DNA of 64,000 nucleotides from Candidatus Tayloriibacteriota bacterium (GCA_028286665.1 JAQBRD010000031.1:155-64154); one strand, 5' to 3'. Numbered from the stretch's first letter, positions 9,031-19,224 are shown. Program-made: numbers and translations. Notes: generated from the sequence alone by a model not told the origin.

Positions 9031-11049
9031 TCACTGCGTCTGGTTGATCCGATAGAATCGGTTCTTTCCAGCGATCATCAGATCATCGAATGCCACCGTG
9101 ACATTCGTGCCTGAGAGGTTGGTCGCGAGGCTTGCCCACGAGATCTGGGTCAAGTTCGTCTTATACTCCAGATTGTATTTGTGGCCGGTCTCGGCCATGA
9201 AGGAAAGACGGATCTTTCCATTGCCTGGAAGCGTCGGCGGATTCATCCGCGGCGGTCCCGGCATCGCATTGAGCGCGATCGGCTGGCCCCATTCCGCATG
9301 GAAGCTCCCGGACAGGTTGAATACCTGAGCTCGGATCTGGGCTGCCCAGGATCCTGTCGTCGGCAGATTCAGCGTCATCGAGGTGCCGTTGGTGCCGCTT
9401 GGAGCGACTCCAGTCGTCGCCTCGAACATTTCTGATGCGGCGACGACTGCGATCTTATCGATCCACCACCCGTAGTCTTGGGTCGTGAGCGGGAAGAATG
9501 AGCCGCCTTGCGCGCATTGGTAGTCGAATCTGATCATGATCGTTTTCCCAGCGAATGCCGAGAAGTCGATCGATCGATTCGCGAAGTTGAATTCGTAATC
9601 GAAATCGCCCCCGGTGCCGGTCTGACGATAGAGTTCCGACCATGTATTGCCTTCGTCCTGGGAAACCAGGATGACTGCTGACTGACTCGAGGTCGATTTT
9701 GCGAATCGGCTCAAGAATGTCAGCTGGCTTGTCGCGCTCGGAATGACGAACCTTTTCAAGGTGATCGTCTGATGCAGCTGTCCGTCCGGACAGGCCAGAT
9801 GGAACGAATTCGTGCCGTCTATCTGGTCCTGATGTCCCGAATTGTTCGTGACAACCGAGTATCCTGGAGAAGCCTGCACCGTTATGTTCGTCAGCGACGA
9901 TGATTCGCCGCTTTCGATATATGCGTACGGTCGAAGTTTGCCTGATCGCCATTCATATCCAGTAGCCAGAGGCACCGGAACGAATGACAAGGAAGCAGCG
10001 ATCCCGACTATCACATTGGTATTGCTGCCGGCAATGAAGTTCGGCAGCACCCGATCCGCTCCGGCTATTTCCGGATCGAAGATCGTGACTGCATAGGTGA
10101 AGGTCTGCGGGCTGCCATTGATCATGACATTGCTTACCGTCACCGTGATCGAATTGTCGCCTGAAGGTTTCGGCATGAGATACCTGGCCGAAGCCGAGGA
10201 GCTCGCGTCGATATTGTCAGGAACCCAGACGATGCTGTTTTCGCCAGCGCCAGTCTGAATGGTCTCGATCCGCACCGGAACATTCGTGCCGTTGCGGATC
10301 ATCTGTATCGAATTCGTGCTGAACACTGCATTCGGATAGGAGAGAGACCATCGAGGAGGAACCAACTGGTAGGGAACATATCCCGGAGGAGGCCATGCGA
10401 CAAAACCGTATCTTGTCGAAGGCCTCGGACCGAAGATGTTCTCGTCAGATCTCAAGAGGACATTAGCGCCCTTGTACGTTCCGAGCGCAGGGACATCTCC
10501 GACGCCCATGACGAGCGTCTGCGGATAGAGCATCCAGCGCCTATGGAAGACGTTGAAGTTATTCGCCAAGCCTTCCGTCATGTATGCGCTGATCGCATCC
10601 GGACCCCATATCCCGAGGGTTATGTTGCCGAGTGCTGCCGCATTCGCTCCGGACGCCGTATAGAACAGGGAGTTTGTCGGAGGGAAGTGCGTCGCGAAGT
10701 TGTTCGCTGACATCATCAGCGCTGCCTGCTGGCATGCCGCATTCGAACTTGCGTTGAATGTGATGATGTTCGAGAGTCCTGCCATCACCCGCACGACGTT
10801 CACTCTTGCGAGCGAAGCGTTCTGCGAGTTCGACGATATCGTACCGGCTGTCCCGTTCGTGTAGTTTCCCGTCCAATCCAGCGTGATGCCGGGATAGGAG
10901 CAGTAGACTGCATTGAATAGGAGTCGGGAAGCCTCCCGACCAGGCGTTGGAGCTACGACAATCGCAGCTTGATTTGTCTGGCTGAAACCCGCGAGGGTCA
11001 GGCCGAACAAGGCTGCTATGAATAGCAGATTCGAGCATTTATTTTTCAT
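9031..11049 (-). CDS. Large secreted protein with N-terminal CAP/SCP (PR-1-like) domain and beta-rich C-terminal domains
   Basis: The protein has a signal peptide (MKNKCSNLLFIAALFGLTLAGFS). The region NVVRVMAGL...CQQAALMMSANNFATHF...NVFHRRWMLYPQTLVMGVG resembles a CAP domain. The remaining approximately 450 aa are Ser/Thr/Asn/Gly-rich. Confidence 0.5.
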   Translation of the reverse strand: MKNKCSNLLFIAALFGLTLAGFSQTNQAAIVVAPTPGREASRLLFNAVYCSYPGITLDWTGNYTNGTAGTISSNSQNASLARVNVVRVMAGLSNIITFNASSNAACQQAALMMSANNFATHFPPTNSLFYTASGANAAALGNITLGIWGPDAISAYMTEGLANNFNVFHRRWMLYPQTLVMGVGDVPALGTYKGANVLLRSDENIFGPRPSTRYGFVAWPPPGYVPYQLVPPRWSLSYPNAVFSTNSIQMIRNGTNVPVRIETIQTGAGENSIVWVPDNIDASSSASARYLMPKPSGDNSITVTVSNVMINGSPQTFTYAVTIFDPEIAGADRVLPNFIAGSNTNVIVGIAASLSFVPVPLATGYEWRSGKLRPYAYIESGESSSLTNITVQASPGYSVVTNNSGHQDQIDGTNSFHLACPDGQLHQTITLKRFVIPSATSQLTFLSRFAKSTSSQSAVILVSQDEGNTWSELYRQTGTGGDFDYEFNFANRSIDFSAFAGKTIMIRFDYQCAQGGSFFPLTTQDYGWWIDKIAVVAASEMFEATTGVAPSGTNGTSMTLNLPTTGSWAAQIRAQVFNLSGSFHAEWGQPIALNAMPGPPRMNPPTLPGNGKIRLSFMAETGHKYNLEYKTNLTQISWASLATNLSGTNVTVAFDDLMIAGKNRFYRINQTQ

Positions 11050-11156
11050 AGATCAGAGAGTAGATTTCTGTATGGGTTTCGGACGTGGGGAATTTATTCA
11101 ACCATACAACAAAAGCTGATATTTGGCTATATCAGCTGTGCATAACACGCGTATCG

Positions 11157-11699
11157 CTAGAAAACAAAAAGCTCGATGACGAATGTTGCGAGGCTGAGCG
11201 CGATCCCGATAAAAAGCAGCTGTCGGGCTATATGGAAAAGCTTTCGTTTCGGGCGGTAGTAGAACTTGCATAGATTGTATGTCTCGACAGCGTAGTTGCG
11301 ATCGATCTCTTCCTCCGACTCGGTCATTTCTTGAGCTGCTTTCAGATAGTCGTCAGCCGAAGAGAACGATTCTATCTTCTTTCTGTACAGGAGGCTTTCA
11401 TCCTGTCCTCGCTTCCGCATCGAATGCGGCGGATGAATGGCGACGAGGCCGACAAGCGCTGCGACTGCCGAGAAAAGCATCATGAAAAGGATCGGCAGGC
11501 TTTCGCCCTTTTCGAAGATTGATGCGGTGAATGCGAAGATGGCGATGCTGATACCTATGACGATATTGATCTGGTGATCGAGGTGCTGAACCATGTCGGT
11601 TATTCGATCTAGGCTCTTCTCGATGAATCCGGAAGATTTTTCTCCAGCTTTCTCTGTTGGCAATTCTGCCCGGTATGTTTCTTGTTCCATATGCTGCAA
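11157..11699 (-). CDS. Hypothetical membrane protein (TM hairpin, about 75-aa soluble segment, C-terminal TM)
   Basis: Hydrophobic segments are IVIGISIAIFAFTASIF, LPILFMMLFSAVAALVGLVAI and LLFIGIALSLATFVIELFVF. I could not assign a family, and SLATT-like or other 2-3TM effector-like folds cannot be excluded. Confidence 0.4.
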   Translation of the reverse strand: MQHMEQETYRAELPTEKAGEKSSGFIEKSLDRITDMVQHLDHQINIVIGISIAIFAFTASIFEKGESLPILFMMLFSAVAALVGLVAIHPPHSMRKRGQDESLLYRKKIESFSSADDYLKAAQEMTESEEEIDRNYAVETYNLCKFYYRPKRKLFHIARQLLFIGIALSLATFVIELFVF

Positions 11700-11714
11700 G
11701 TATAGCAGTTTTTC

Positions 11715-12737
11715 CTAGAGGAGTTTTCCCAGGCCTTTCGCGTCGAGGTGCGCGTATGCTTTGTCCGTCACGGTGCGGCCGCGGGGCGTCTTCTCGAGCA
11801 AGCCGAGCTGGATAAGATACGGCTCATAAACGTCTTCGATCGTTTCCTGCTCTTCTGAAAGGGCAACCGCGATGGTGTTGAGTCCGACAGGTCCGCCTTT
11901 GAACTTATTGATGATGGTATTGAGGACTTCGCGATCAGCCGCATTGAGGCCGAGATGATCGACGCCGAGCATCGAGAGGGCCTTCTCGACGATCTCTCCG
12001 GAAAGGGATGTGTTATTGATCTGCGCATAGTCGCGGCAGCGCTTGAGGAAATAATTGGCAGTACGGGGAGTGAAACGGCTGCGCTTCGAGATCGCAGTTA
12101 CAGCGTCATCGTGAATCTCGATATTGAGGATCTTGGCGGAACGCTTCACGATCTCGCCGATCTCTTCTTCGGTATAGAATTCGAGCTTGAATACGCCGCC
12201 GGAAAATCTTGAGCGAAGCGGCGACGAAATCATGGCGATGCGCGTCGTCGCAGCGATGAGCGTGAAAGCCGGAAGCTCGAGCTGGATGGTCCGAGCCGAA
12301 GGACCCTTGCCGATGATGATGTCGAGCGTCCCTGATTCCATGGCAGGGTAGAGGACTTCCTCGATTGCCTTGTTGAGACGGTGTATTTCGTCGATGAAAA
12401 GAATGTCGCCATGCGACAGGTTCGTGAGGATCGATGCGAGATCGCCGACTTTGAGGATTGCCGGGCCCGAAGTGACCTTCATCTGCGCGCCGGTCTCCTT
12501 CGCGATGAGATGCGCGAGCGTGGTCTTGCCAAGACCTGGGGGTCCATAGAAAAGAATGTGTTCTGGCGGATGCTTCCGCTGCTCTGCGGCAGTGAGGAGC
12601 ACATGCAAGTTGTTCTTGATGTTCTTCTGACCGATGTACTCAGCCCATTTTCCTGGACGAAGGGTATTGTCGAGGTATGCCGTCTCCTTTTTCGGGTCTG
12701 CCTCAGCTGCTCGGGGGGTAGGATTGGTACTTGACAT
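11715..12737 (-). CDS. ruvB: Holliday junction branch migration helicase RuvB
   Basis: The protein has ILFYGPPGLGKTTLAHLIA (Walker A), LFIDEIHRL (Walker B) and a winged-helix C-terminus. Confidence 0.95.
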   Translation of the reverse strand: MSSTNPTPRAAEADPKKETAYLDNTLRPGKWAEYIGQKNIKNNLHVLLTAAEQRKHPPEHILFYGPPGLGKTTLAHLIAKETGAQMKVTSGPAILKVGDLASILTNLSHGDILFIDEIHRLNKAIEEVLYPAMESGTLDIIIGKGPSARTIQLELPAFTLIAATTRIAMISSPLRSRFSGGVFKLEFYTEEEIGEIVKRSAKILNIEIHDDAVTAISKRSRFTPRTANYFLKRCRDYAQINNTSLSGEIVEKALSMLGVDHLGLNAADREVLNTIINKFKGGPVGLNTIAVALSEEQETIEDVYEPYLIQLGLLEKTPRGRTVTDKAYAHLDAKGLGKLL

Positions 12738-13121
12738 ATTATTTAATATATGCTAGGATACTAGTGTAAGTGACTCAGATGATTCAGAACGGTCGCTATT
12801 CAATTTTTCAGGACGAGCTCATCGAATTCACAAATCTCTAAGCAATATACGTGGTTTGCTCCGCGTATCTGACATAGTTTTGAGGACATTTTGGTTATCA
12901 CCTCGTGTGCATGTACTGGGGTTATCCTTTGGACTATGTTTAACTTTTGGTCGGCTGATTGGAAGTATTGCTTGGAGATTTCTGCATTCGATCTATGTCG
13001 AGGAACTACATACATCGTACTCCTCTCCCATTAAAATTCAATTGACAGCGAAAGTTTTGTGGTTCGTAACTGAATCCGCATCCTCGCTCACCATCATTCC
13101 GCGCTCATTCAAGTGCGGCTT

Positions 13122-13469
13122 TTATTTTTTGGCGGCGCTATTGAGTTGGTTCTGCGCTTTCTGAATTTCCATCGATTCTTTCTGCTCCTCGCGCACATCC
13201 ACGTCGATTTCGCGCTTAAGGTTCGGAATCTCGTATTGCGTACGCGTGATCTCGTTCCTTTCGGTGTTGATTTCAGCCCGGTGCTTCTTTATCTCCATAT
13301 CGAGCTTTATGACTTCCTGCTCATGCTCGCGCATCTTAGCCTGGAATTCTGTGATCTTCGAGCCGTCTTCGACGAGCTTCTTCTTGAGTTCCTCGATGTG
13401 ATCGTGGTGCTTTCGCCGTGCTTCGTTGAGCTGATCGATCATATGCTTCACGTCCATTTGCAGTGCCAT
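13122..13469 (-). CDS. Coiled-coil hypothetical protein downstream of pilB
   Basis: The protein is about 115 aa from the internal Met (MALQMDVKHMIDQLNEARRKHHDHIEELKK...) and is rich in Lys, Glu and Arg heptads. The start is uncertain. Confidence 0.35.
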   Translation of the reverse strand: MALQMDVKHMIDQLNEARRKHHDHIEELKKKLVEDGSKITEFQAKMREHEQEVIKLDMEIKKHRAEINTERNEITRTQYEIPNLKREIDVDVREEQKESMEIQKAQNQLNSAAKK

Positions 13470-13506
13470 GGTATTTTTTAAAGTTAGGATTCCTGATTGA
13501 ATAATT

Positions 13507-15201
13507 CTAATCCTCAAGCCCGACCACTCGCTCGAGCTCGTCGAAGGTCGTCGTTCCCTGGAGGATCTTGATCATGCCGTCCTGCGTCATCGTGATGAGT
13601 CCTTGGGGGACTGCGGCTGCGGCGACCTCGGCTTCGCTCGGGCTGAATTCGATGACCTTCTCGACTTCAGGAGTGATCCTGATTCCTTCGTAGATTCCGA
13701 TGCGGCCTTTGTAGCCGGTCTTGTTGCACTTTGTGCATCCGTCACTCACCCATATTTTCGAATTGTTCGCCGGTATCTGAGATCTGTCGACGATCGAAGC
13801 CATCGAACTGTCGATGAGCCGCTTCATGCGGAGGATCTTCTTGTCCTCGGTCGGCGCATTGATGTCGAGTTCCTTCCTGCAGAATGGGCAGAGCTTTCGG
13901 AGGAGACGCTGCGCGAGGATGATGTTGACTGCGGAGCTGAGGATCTTCGGATTCACGCCGAGATCGCTCAGGCGGGGGAATGCTCCGGCTGCGCTGTTGG
14001 TGTGGAGCGTCGAGAAGACGAGGTGTCCGGTGAGCGCGGAGTTGATGGCGATGGAGGCTGTCTCGCCATCACGGATTTCACCGATCATGATCACGTCCGG
14101 ATCCTGTCGAAGCACTGAGCGGAGGCCTTCGACGAAGGTGTAGCCCTTGTCGTTCACCTGCGTCTGGGTGATGCCGGGGAGGTGGTATTCGATCGGGTCT
14201 TCGATGGTGATGATCTTCACTTCCTGTCCGTAGACTTTCTTCAGGAAGGCATAGAGCGTGGTGGTCTTTCCGGAACCTGTCGGACCTGTCGTGAGGAGCA
14301 TTCCTTTCGGCTTGTTGATCTCCCGCTCGATGACGGCCATGAGCTTCTCGGGGATGCCGAGCGCTTCGAGGGGAACGCCGATCGATTTCGGATTGAGGAT
14401 TCGCATCACGATGGATTCGTTGTATGCGCCAGGAAGGATCGAGGTTCGGATTTCGATATCGGCGTCGTTGATGTGCACGCTGAAGCGTCCGTCCTGCGCG
14501 CTGCTCTTGATATTGAGCTTGAGGCCGGAGAGGAGCTTGATTCGCGACGTGAGCAGGTTGAAAGTGTCCTTGTCGAAATTGAGCACGTTGATGAGCACGC
14601 CGTCGAGCCGGTATCGGAGTCGGATGTATTCTTCTTCAGGCTCGATATGGATGTCTGAAGCGTCGGTCGCGAGCGCTCCTGCGAGGATGGTCTCGAGGAT
14701 GTGCGAAACGCGATAGCTCTTCTTCGTCGAGAGGGTATTCTCCAGGATCGAAATGATCGTCGGAAGGCTCTTTGCCTGTCCGACGATCGCATTGATCTCC
14801 TCGCTCGAGATCTCGAGCGAACCCGCTTTGTTTTCTATGGCGAACGAGAGGTCCTTGTATCCGGTCCAGGCTTTTTCAAGGCTGGCTGTCGAAGTTATGT
14901 AGAGTTCAGGAAGCCAATTCTTCTCCTTCAGGCTTGCGACGACCTGAGCGACCTGCGGGCTTTCCGGTTCGCGGACGGCGACTTTCACGCGCTTGTCGAT
15001 GAGGGCGAATGCCGCAGCCTTCGAGGTTCGGGCTGTCTTTTCTTCGATGAGGCGGAGCGCGTCAGCATTCACTGAACTGATCGTGAGATCGATGTATTCG
15101 AGACCGTATTTGGCAGAGAGGTATTGCACTACCTCCTCTTCTTCCTTGTGGAGGAGGTCGGTTACTCGGCGATTCTGCTTGTCTTCATCAAATTCGATCA
15201 T
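13507..15201 (-). CDS. pilB: Type IV pilus assembly ATPase PilB (GspE family)
   Basis: I take the start at the internal Met (MIEFDEDKQ...). The protein has GPTGSGKTTTLYAF (Walker A), the GspE signature region and a CPFC...CTKCNKTGYKGRIGIYE tetracysteine motif. Confidence 0.9.
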   Translation of the reverse strand: MIEFDEDKQNRRVTDLLHKEEEEVVQYLSAKYGLEYIDLTISSVNADALRLIEEKTARTSKAAAFALIDKRVKVAVREPESPQVAQVVASLKEKNWLPELYITSTASLEKAWTGYKDLSFAIENKAGSLEISSEEINAIVGQAKSLPTIISILENTLSTKKSYRVSHILETILAGALATDASDIHIEPEEEYIRLRYRLDGVLINVLNFDKDTFNLLTSRIKLLSGLKLNIKSSAQDGRFSVHINDADIEIRTSILPGAYNESIVMRILNPKSIGVPLEALGIPEKLMAVIEREINKPKGMLLTTGPTGSGKTTTLYAFLKKVYGQEVKIITIEDPIEYHLPGITQTQVNDKGYTFVEGLRSVLRQDPDVIMIGEIRDGETASIAINSALTGHLVFSTLHTNSAAGAFPRLSDLGVNPKILSSAVNIILAQRLLRKLCPFCRKELDINAPTEDKKILRMKRLIDSSMASIVDRSQIPANNSKIWVSDGCTKCNKTGYKGRIGIYEGIRITPEVEKVIEFSPSEAEVAAAAVPQGLITMTQDGMIKILQGTTTFDELERVVGLED

Positions 15202-15426
15202 AGAGATATGCCAATAGTATACCAAGTATTCAGCCAAATAGGGCATGCGAAAAGGGCATATCTGAGGCCTCGGCAAGCCATTTGGACATGTATTGACATA
15301 TATGTTATAAATGGTATAATATACCACAGAGCAGTATCAGAAAAAACAATACAAACCCTACCGATGTGCCATGAATGAGGCCTTGTTTGGCACCATCTCA
15401 AGCACACAACGCAAGAAAACACGAAA

Positions 15427-16053
15427 ATGAAAACACTGAAAATTGTCAATTCAATCACTTTGGCCATCATCGCGATTGCGATGATGGCCTCGACTTCTAC
15501 AGCAAAGGCTTACGGCCCTTGGTACACACATACGAATGAAACGAGCACTGTTGACGTCAGTACCAATGTCAGCTGCAAGGTCGCCGTCCCGAGCAGCAAT
15601 GTTCAGGCCGTGGCTCCAAGCTCCAATTATAGTTATTCCGGTTCGACGACAACTGCGGAAGCTCAAGCGAGCGTCGGTACTACCGGCGAAGTCGGAGAAT
15701 CCCGTCTCATCAGGGAACCCATGGTCGCGAATCATAGCTACAGCCGAACATGGACCGACCATCGCACTGGCCTCACATACACCACGAATTATGTGGTGGA
15801 TCGCGTCGAACGGGACCAGGTCGTCAATACGTTCAAGCCGAACGGTACGTTCCTCGGGAGTACGGTCATTCGGACCACGGTCGTAACAACGAATAGTTAT
15901 GGAAGCGTTTCACAGAACGCCGACTTCCGCGAGCCGCAGACGTACATTCCGGTGAATGCGCCGCAAGCAAGCTATAGAGAAGGGCATTTTACGAAGAATG
16001 GGTTCTTCCGATCGCTGACTCTGCCGTTCAGCAACCATAAGAGGTCAAAGTGA
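15427..16053 (+). CDS. Secreted hypothetical protein
   Basis: The signal peptide is MKTLKIVNSITLAIIAIAMMASTSTAKA, and the mature region is Ser/Thr-rich. Confidence 0.45.
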   Translation: MKTLKIVNSITLAIIAIAMMASTSTAKAYGPWYTHTNETSTVDVSTNVSCKVAVPSSNVQAVAPSSNYSYSGSTTTAEAQASVGTTGEVGESRLIREPMVANHSYSRTWTDHRTGLTYTTNYVVDRVERDQVVNTFKPNGTFLGSTVIRTTVVTTNSYGSVSQNADFREPQTYIPVNAPQASYREGHFTKNGFFRSLTLPFSNHKRSK

Positions 16054-16087
16054 TTGAGTTGAACTCAGAACCGCTCTCGCGCCTCAT

Positions 16088-16603
16088 GTGCTTGAGCGGT
16101 TTCACTTTTTCATAAGAGGCTGCTATATTGGATTCATGAATACGGCACCGCATCTATCGGCACGATCGACTTCGCTCGAACAGACATCGGAAATCGCTCG
16201 GCAATGGCTCGAGGCGATCGCTGCTTCGCCTGTCTCAGCTTCAGCGATAATCATCGGCCTCGATGGAAACCTCGGTTCGGGTAAGACGACTTTCACGCAG
16301 GCTGTCGCGCGGGAGCTCGGCGTCGCCGAACAGGTGACGAGCCCTACGTACGTGATCCAGAAATCCTATGCGATATTGAATCCGAGATTTTCCGCTCGTT
16401 TCAGCCGACTCATCCATATCGACGCGTATCGTCTCGAAGAGGCAAGCGAGCTCGAGGTTATCGGTTTCAGGAAGCTCGCGGCAGATCCGCGGAATCTCAT
16501 CCTCATCGAATGGCCTGAAAGGGTAGCAGCCCTCCTGCCTGCGGACATGCGCACGGTGCATTTCGCATTCGTCGATGAGACGACTCGAAGCATCGAATAT
16601 TAG
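16088..16603 (+). CDS. tsaE: tRNA threonylcarbamoyladenosine biosynthesis protein TsaE (YjeE-type P-loop)
   Basis: The protein has IGLDGNLGSGKTTFTQAVAREL, VTSPTYVIQKSY and IHIDAYRLE. The true start is probably the internal Met at about 16136. Confidence 0.8.
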   Translation: MLERFHFFIRGCYIGFMNTAPHLSARSTSLEQTSEIARQWLEAIAASPVSASAIIIGLDGNLGSGKTTFTQAVARELGVAEQVTSPTYVIQKSYAILNPRFSARFSRLIHIDAYRLEEASELEVIGFRKLAADPRNLILIEWPERVAALLPADMRTVHFAFVDETTRSIEY

Positions 16604-17733
16604 AAGGGAATCAGTGCGCCGTTCTTATACGTATCGAGCTCTACCGGCGTGGTGCTGACCTGGTGGGTCGGGAGGAACGTGATCGGACCATTTGCGGTCG
16701 AGAATGCATGAGACTCTATATATGAGGAGACATCGGCATTGTTTCCAGTCTTCGCGATTGCTTCGGCGAGGACATAGACGGCATCGTATGATCGATTCGC
16801 GGACTTCGCAGAATCGGCATTGAATCGCGCGTGGTATCGGGCGATGAATGCAGGCGTGCTCGCTTCCCAATTGAGGACGGTTATTCCTTCGAGGAGCGAT
16901 CGGTTGTCTGCGGTGAATCCGTCGTACGAGCCTGCGTAGGTGATCATCTTCGACGTGAAGCCGAGCTCCTTCGAGCGCATGAGGAAGTTCACGGTGTCTT
17001 TGTCGACCATGTCGAGAAAGACGGTGTCGACGTGCTGCTGCTTCAATTTGGCGATAGTGGTTTTGAAGTCATTGGTATCGAAAGCCGTGTACGCTTCGTC
17101 GATGATCACGCCCTTGCCGATCTCTTTCGTTACCTGCGCGATGGTCTTCGCGATCTCTGTGCCGAAGGTTGATTTGAAATGGACGACGGCGATCTTCTGC
17201 ACGTCGTCGCGCTTCAGATAGCTCGTGACGCCGCGGATGACTTTGCTGAAATCAGTGAGCATCGAGAAGCTATTCGCATTGAATTCGAAGCCGCCTTCGA
17301 TCCTGAACTGCGTCGGCGTGATCAGGGTTGTCTTGCTATTGAGGGCAAGCGGAAGCATCGGCTGGGCAACGAAATCCCAGAGGCCGCCGATGACGGCATT
17401 TGCGTTGTCGATGCTCGTGAGCTTCGTGAAAGCCGAAACCGCGGATTTCGGGTTCGTCTGATCGTCTTCATAGATGATCCTCACTTGCCGGCCGTCGATG
17501 CCGCCTGCTGCATTGATCTCTGATGCCGCGAGATCCATGCCGTTCTTGGCGTATTCGCCGAAGCTTGCCGCCGGACCTGTGAGCGAAATGACGGCGCCGA
17601 TGACGATCGGGTTTGCTGACGCATTGCTGCCGGAATCGGCAGGGGATACGCTCGGCTTATTGAGCGCGATGACTGCTCCCGCGATGAGCGCTGCGAGCAC
17701 TATAGCTGAAATGATTGCTGATGATTTTTTCAT
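16600..17733 (-). CDS. Membrane-anchored LivK-type (PBP type I) substrate-binding protein, copy 1
   Basis: There is an N-terminal anchor, followed by IVIGAVISLTGPAASFGEYAKNGMDLAASEINAAGGIDGRQVRIIYEDDQ, which is typical of the branched-chain amino-acid binding family. No permease or ATPase gene is adjacent. Confidence 0.8.
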   Translation of the reverse strand: MKKSSAIISAIVLAALIAGAVIALNKPSVSPADSGSNASANPIVIGAVISLTGPAASFGEYAKNGMDLAASEINAAGGIDGRQVRIIYEDDQTNPKSAVSAFTKLTSIDNANAVIGGLWDFVAQPMLPLALNSKTTLITPTQFRIEGGFEFNANSFSMLTDFSKVIRGVTSYLKRDDVQKIAVVHFKSTFGTEIAKTIAQVTKEIGKGVIIDEAYTAFDTNDFKTTIAKLKQQHVDTVFLDMVDKDTVNFLMRSKELGFTSKMITYAGSYDGFTADNRSLLEGITVLNWEASTPAFIARYHARFNADSAKSANRSYDAVYVLAEAIAKTGNNADVSSYIESHAFSTANGPITFLPTHQVSTTPVELDTYKNGALIPF

Positions 17734-17851
17734 ATGTATATATTGTTGGCGGTTAACCTGCCTATGTGTCTGACTTGCTATAATCCTACATCAATGTCAC
17801 AATATGTATATAGTTCGGCGAAAAGCGAATAACTATATATAACAACATATA

Positions 17852-18631
17852 ATGACAAACGAAACCTTTCTGGATACGCTCGGATTGAAGCCGGTGCCGA
17901 AAAGAGTGCTCATGAGCATCGTCAGCCATGGGGTTTCTACCGTTGCGGATCTGGCCTCGCGCCTCAATATTCCAAAATCATCAGTGTATGATGCGCTCGA
18001 TATGCTCGTCGGGGAAAGCCTCGTGAACGAATATGGAGATGAACGAGGGAAGACATTCGGCATTTCTGACAAAGAGCAGCTCGCTCGCGTGCATAAGAAA
18101 AAGATGGACGAATTGCAGGGCGCGCATTCGGCGCTGCTGTCGTTCATTCAGAATCACGGCGCCGATGACAGCGTCGCCAAGCCGAAGATGAAATTCTATG
18201 CAGGAACGCTCGGGATGAAGCAGGCTTTCCGCGACATGCCATGGTCGAAGAAATATACTGAGACATATCTTATGTGGCCGATGAAGGACATGCTTGATTC
18301 GCTCGGCGAAGAATTCCTCCATTGGCATGGGAAGCAGCGCTTTCAATATGATGTGATCATCAATTGCATCGAGAAGCATAGCGATCGGTCGCTGCAGCAT
18401 GGAAAGGGCGACAAGTACGCATGGCTCGAGAACAACCTGAAGAAGAATCTCGCGCGGATACGTTTCATGCCGAAGGGAACTGATTGGAAAATGAGCTATT
18501 GGATCTATGGCGACAAATGCCTATTTGCGAGCGGCGGCAGCGAAAAATTCGCCTTCATAATCCATAGCAAGGAATTCAGCGACATGATGAAGCTCATGTG
18601 GCAGAGCGTATGGGAGAAGGCGAGGGACTGA
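17852..18631 (+). CDS. TrmB-like HTH transcriptional regulator, paralog A
   Basis: The N-terminus is a winged HTH (LMSIVSHGVSTVADLASRLNIPKSSVYDALDMLV). The C-terminal domain is homologous to four other ORFs in this window. The gene is divergent from SBP copy 1. Confidence 0.7.
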   Translation: MTNETFLDTLGLKPVPKRVLMSIVSHGVSTVADLASRLNIPKSSVYDALDMLVGESLVNEYGDERGKTFGISDKEQLARVHKKKMDELQGAHSALLSFIQNHGADDSVAKPKMKFYAGTLGMKQAFRDMPWSKKYTETYLMWPMKDMLDSLGEEFLHWHGKQRFQYDVIINCIEKHSDRSLQHGKGDKYAWLENNLKKNLARIRFMPKGTDWKMSYWIYGDKCLFASGGSEKFAFIIHSKEFSDMMKLMWQSVWEKARD

Positions 18632-18634
18632 TAT

Positions 18635-19219
18635 TTATTCGAAGACCGATTTCCTGATGAGGTCGGCTTCATCAGTGAAGATGTGCGATCTGATGCCGAC
18701 GCTCTCGGCTGCTTTCACATTCTTTTCCTGATCATCGAAGTAGAGGCAATCGCTCGGGCGTATGTCATGCTCAGCAAGGATGCTCGTCCATGCGCGAATG
18801 TCTGGTTTGACGAAGCCGGTCTGCCAGGAGAAATAGACCTTATCGACTGCCTCGTGGACCCATGGATAGCTGCCGTAGTACTCGGCACGCTCCTTGAAGT
18901 TGTTGGAGAGAATGAAGACTTTGATGCCCTTGCCGCGGAGTTCCTTCGCGAAAGCGACCATGGCATCTGAAACCTTTTCAGCTTTGAACCAATAGTCCCA
19001 GAATTCTTGCTCGGTCAGATTGATATTCCACGCTCTGAGCGCAGGTTCCCAGTAGTCGAATGATCGGCCGGCGTTTGGCTGGCGCGATTTGGCCATGATC
19101 TCGGAAAGCTTCGGGACGAATTCTGAAACAGGAATGCCGAAATCCTTCTCGAACCGCTCGCTGAGCTTCGGTGCTTGGAGGAATATGCCGTTAAGGTCGA
19201 AAATGATTGCTTTGTTCAT
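18635..19219 (-). CDS. HAD-superfamily hydrolase
   Basis: Motif I reads IIFDLNG, the sequence includes VFILSNN, and motif IV reads YFDDQEKN. Confidence 0.6.
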   Translation of the reverse strand: MNKAIIFDLNGIFLQAPKLSERFEKDFGIPVSEFVPKLSEIMAKSRQPNAGRSFDYWEPALRAWNINLTEQEFWDYWFKAEKVSDAMVAFAKELRGKGIKVFILSNNFKERAEYYGSYPWVHEAVDKVYFSWQTGFVKPDIRAWTSILAEHDIRPSDCLYFDDQEKNVKAAESVGIRSHIFTDEADLIRKSVFE

Positions 19220-19224
19220 TTCTT

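Noticed and set aside
12738-13121. RNase P RNA, tmRNA, SRP RNA or 6S RNA in the ruvB-upstream gap.
   Set aside because: I looked for GGAAAGTCCGGGC, the tmRNA tRNA-like ends and the SRP GGAAGCAGC helix motifs on both strands, and none is present.
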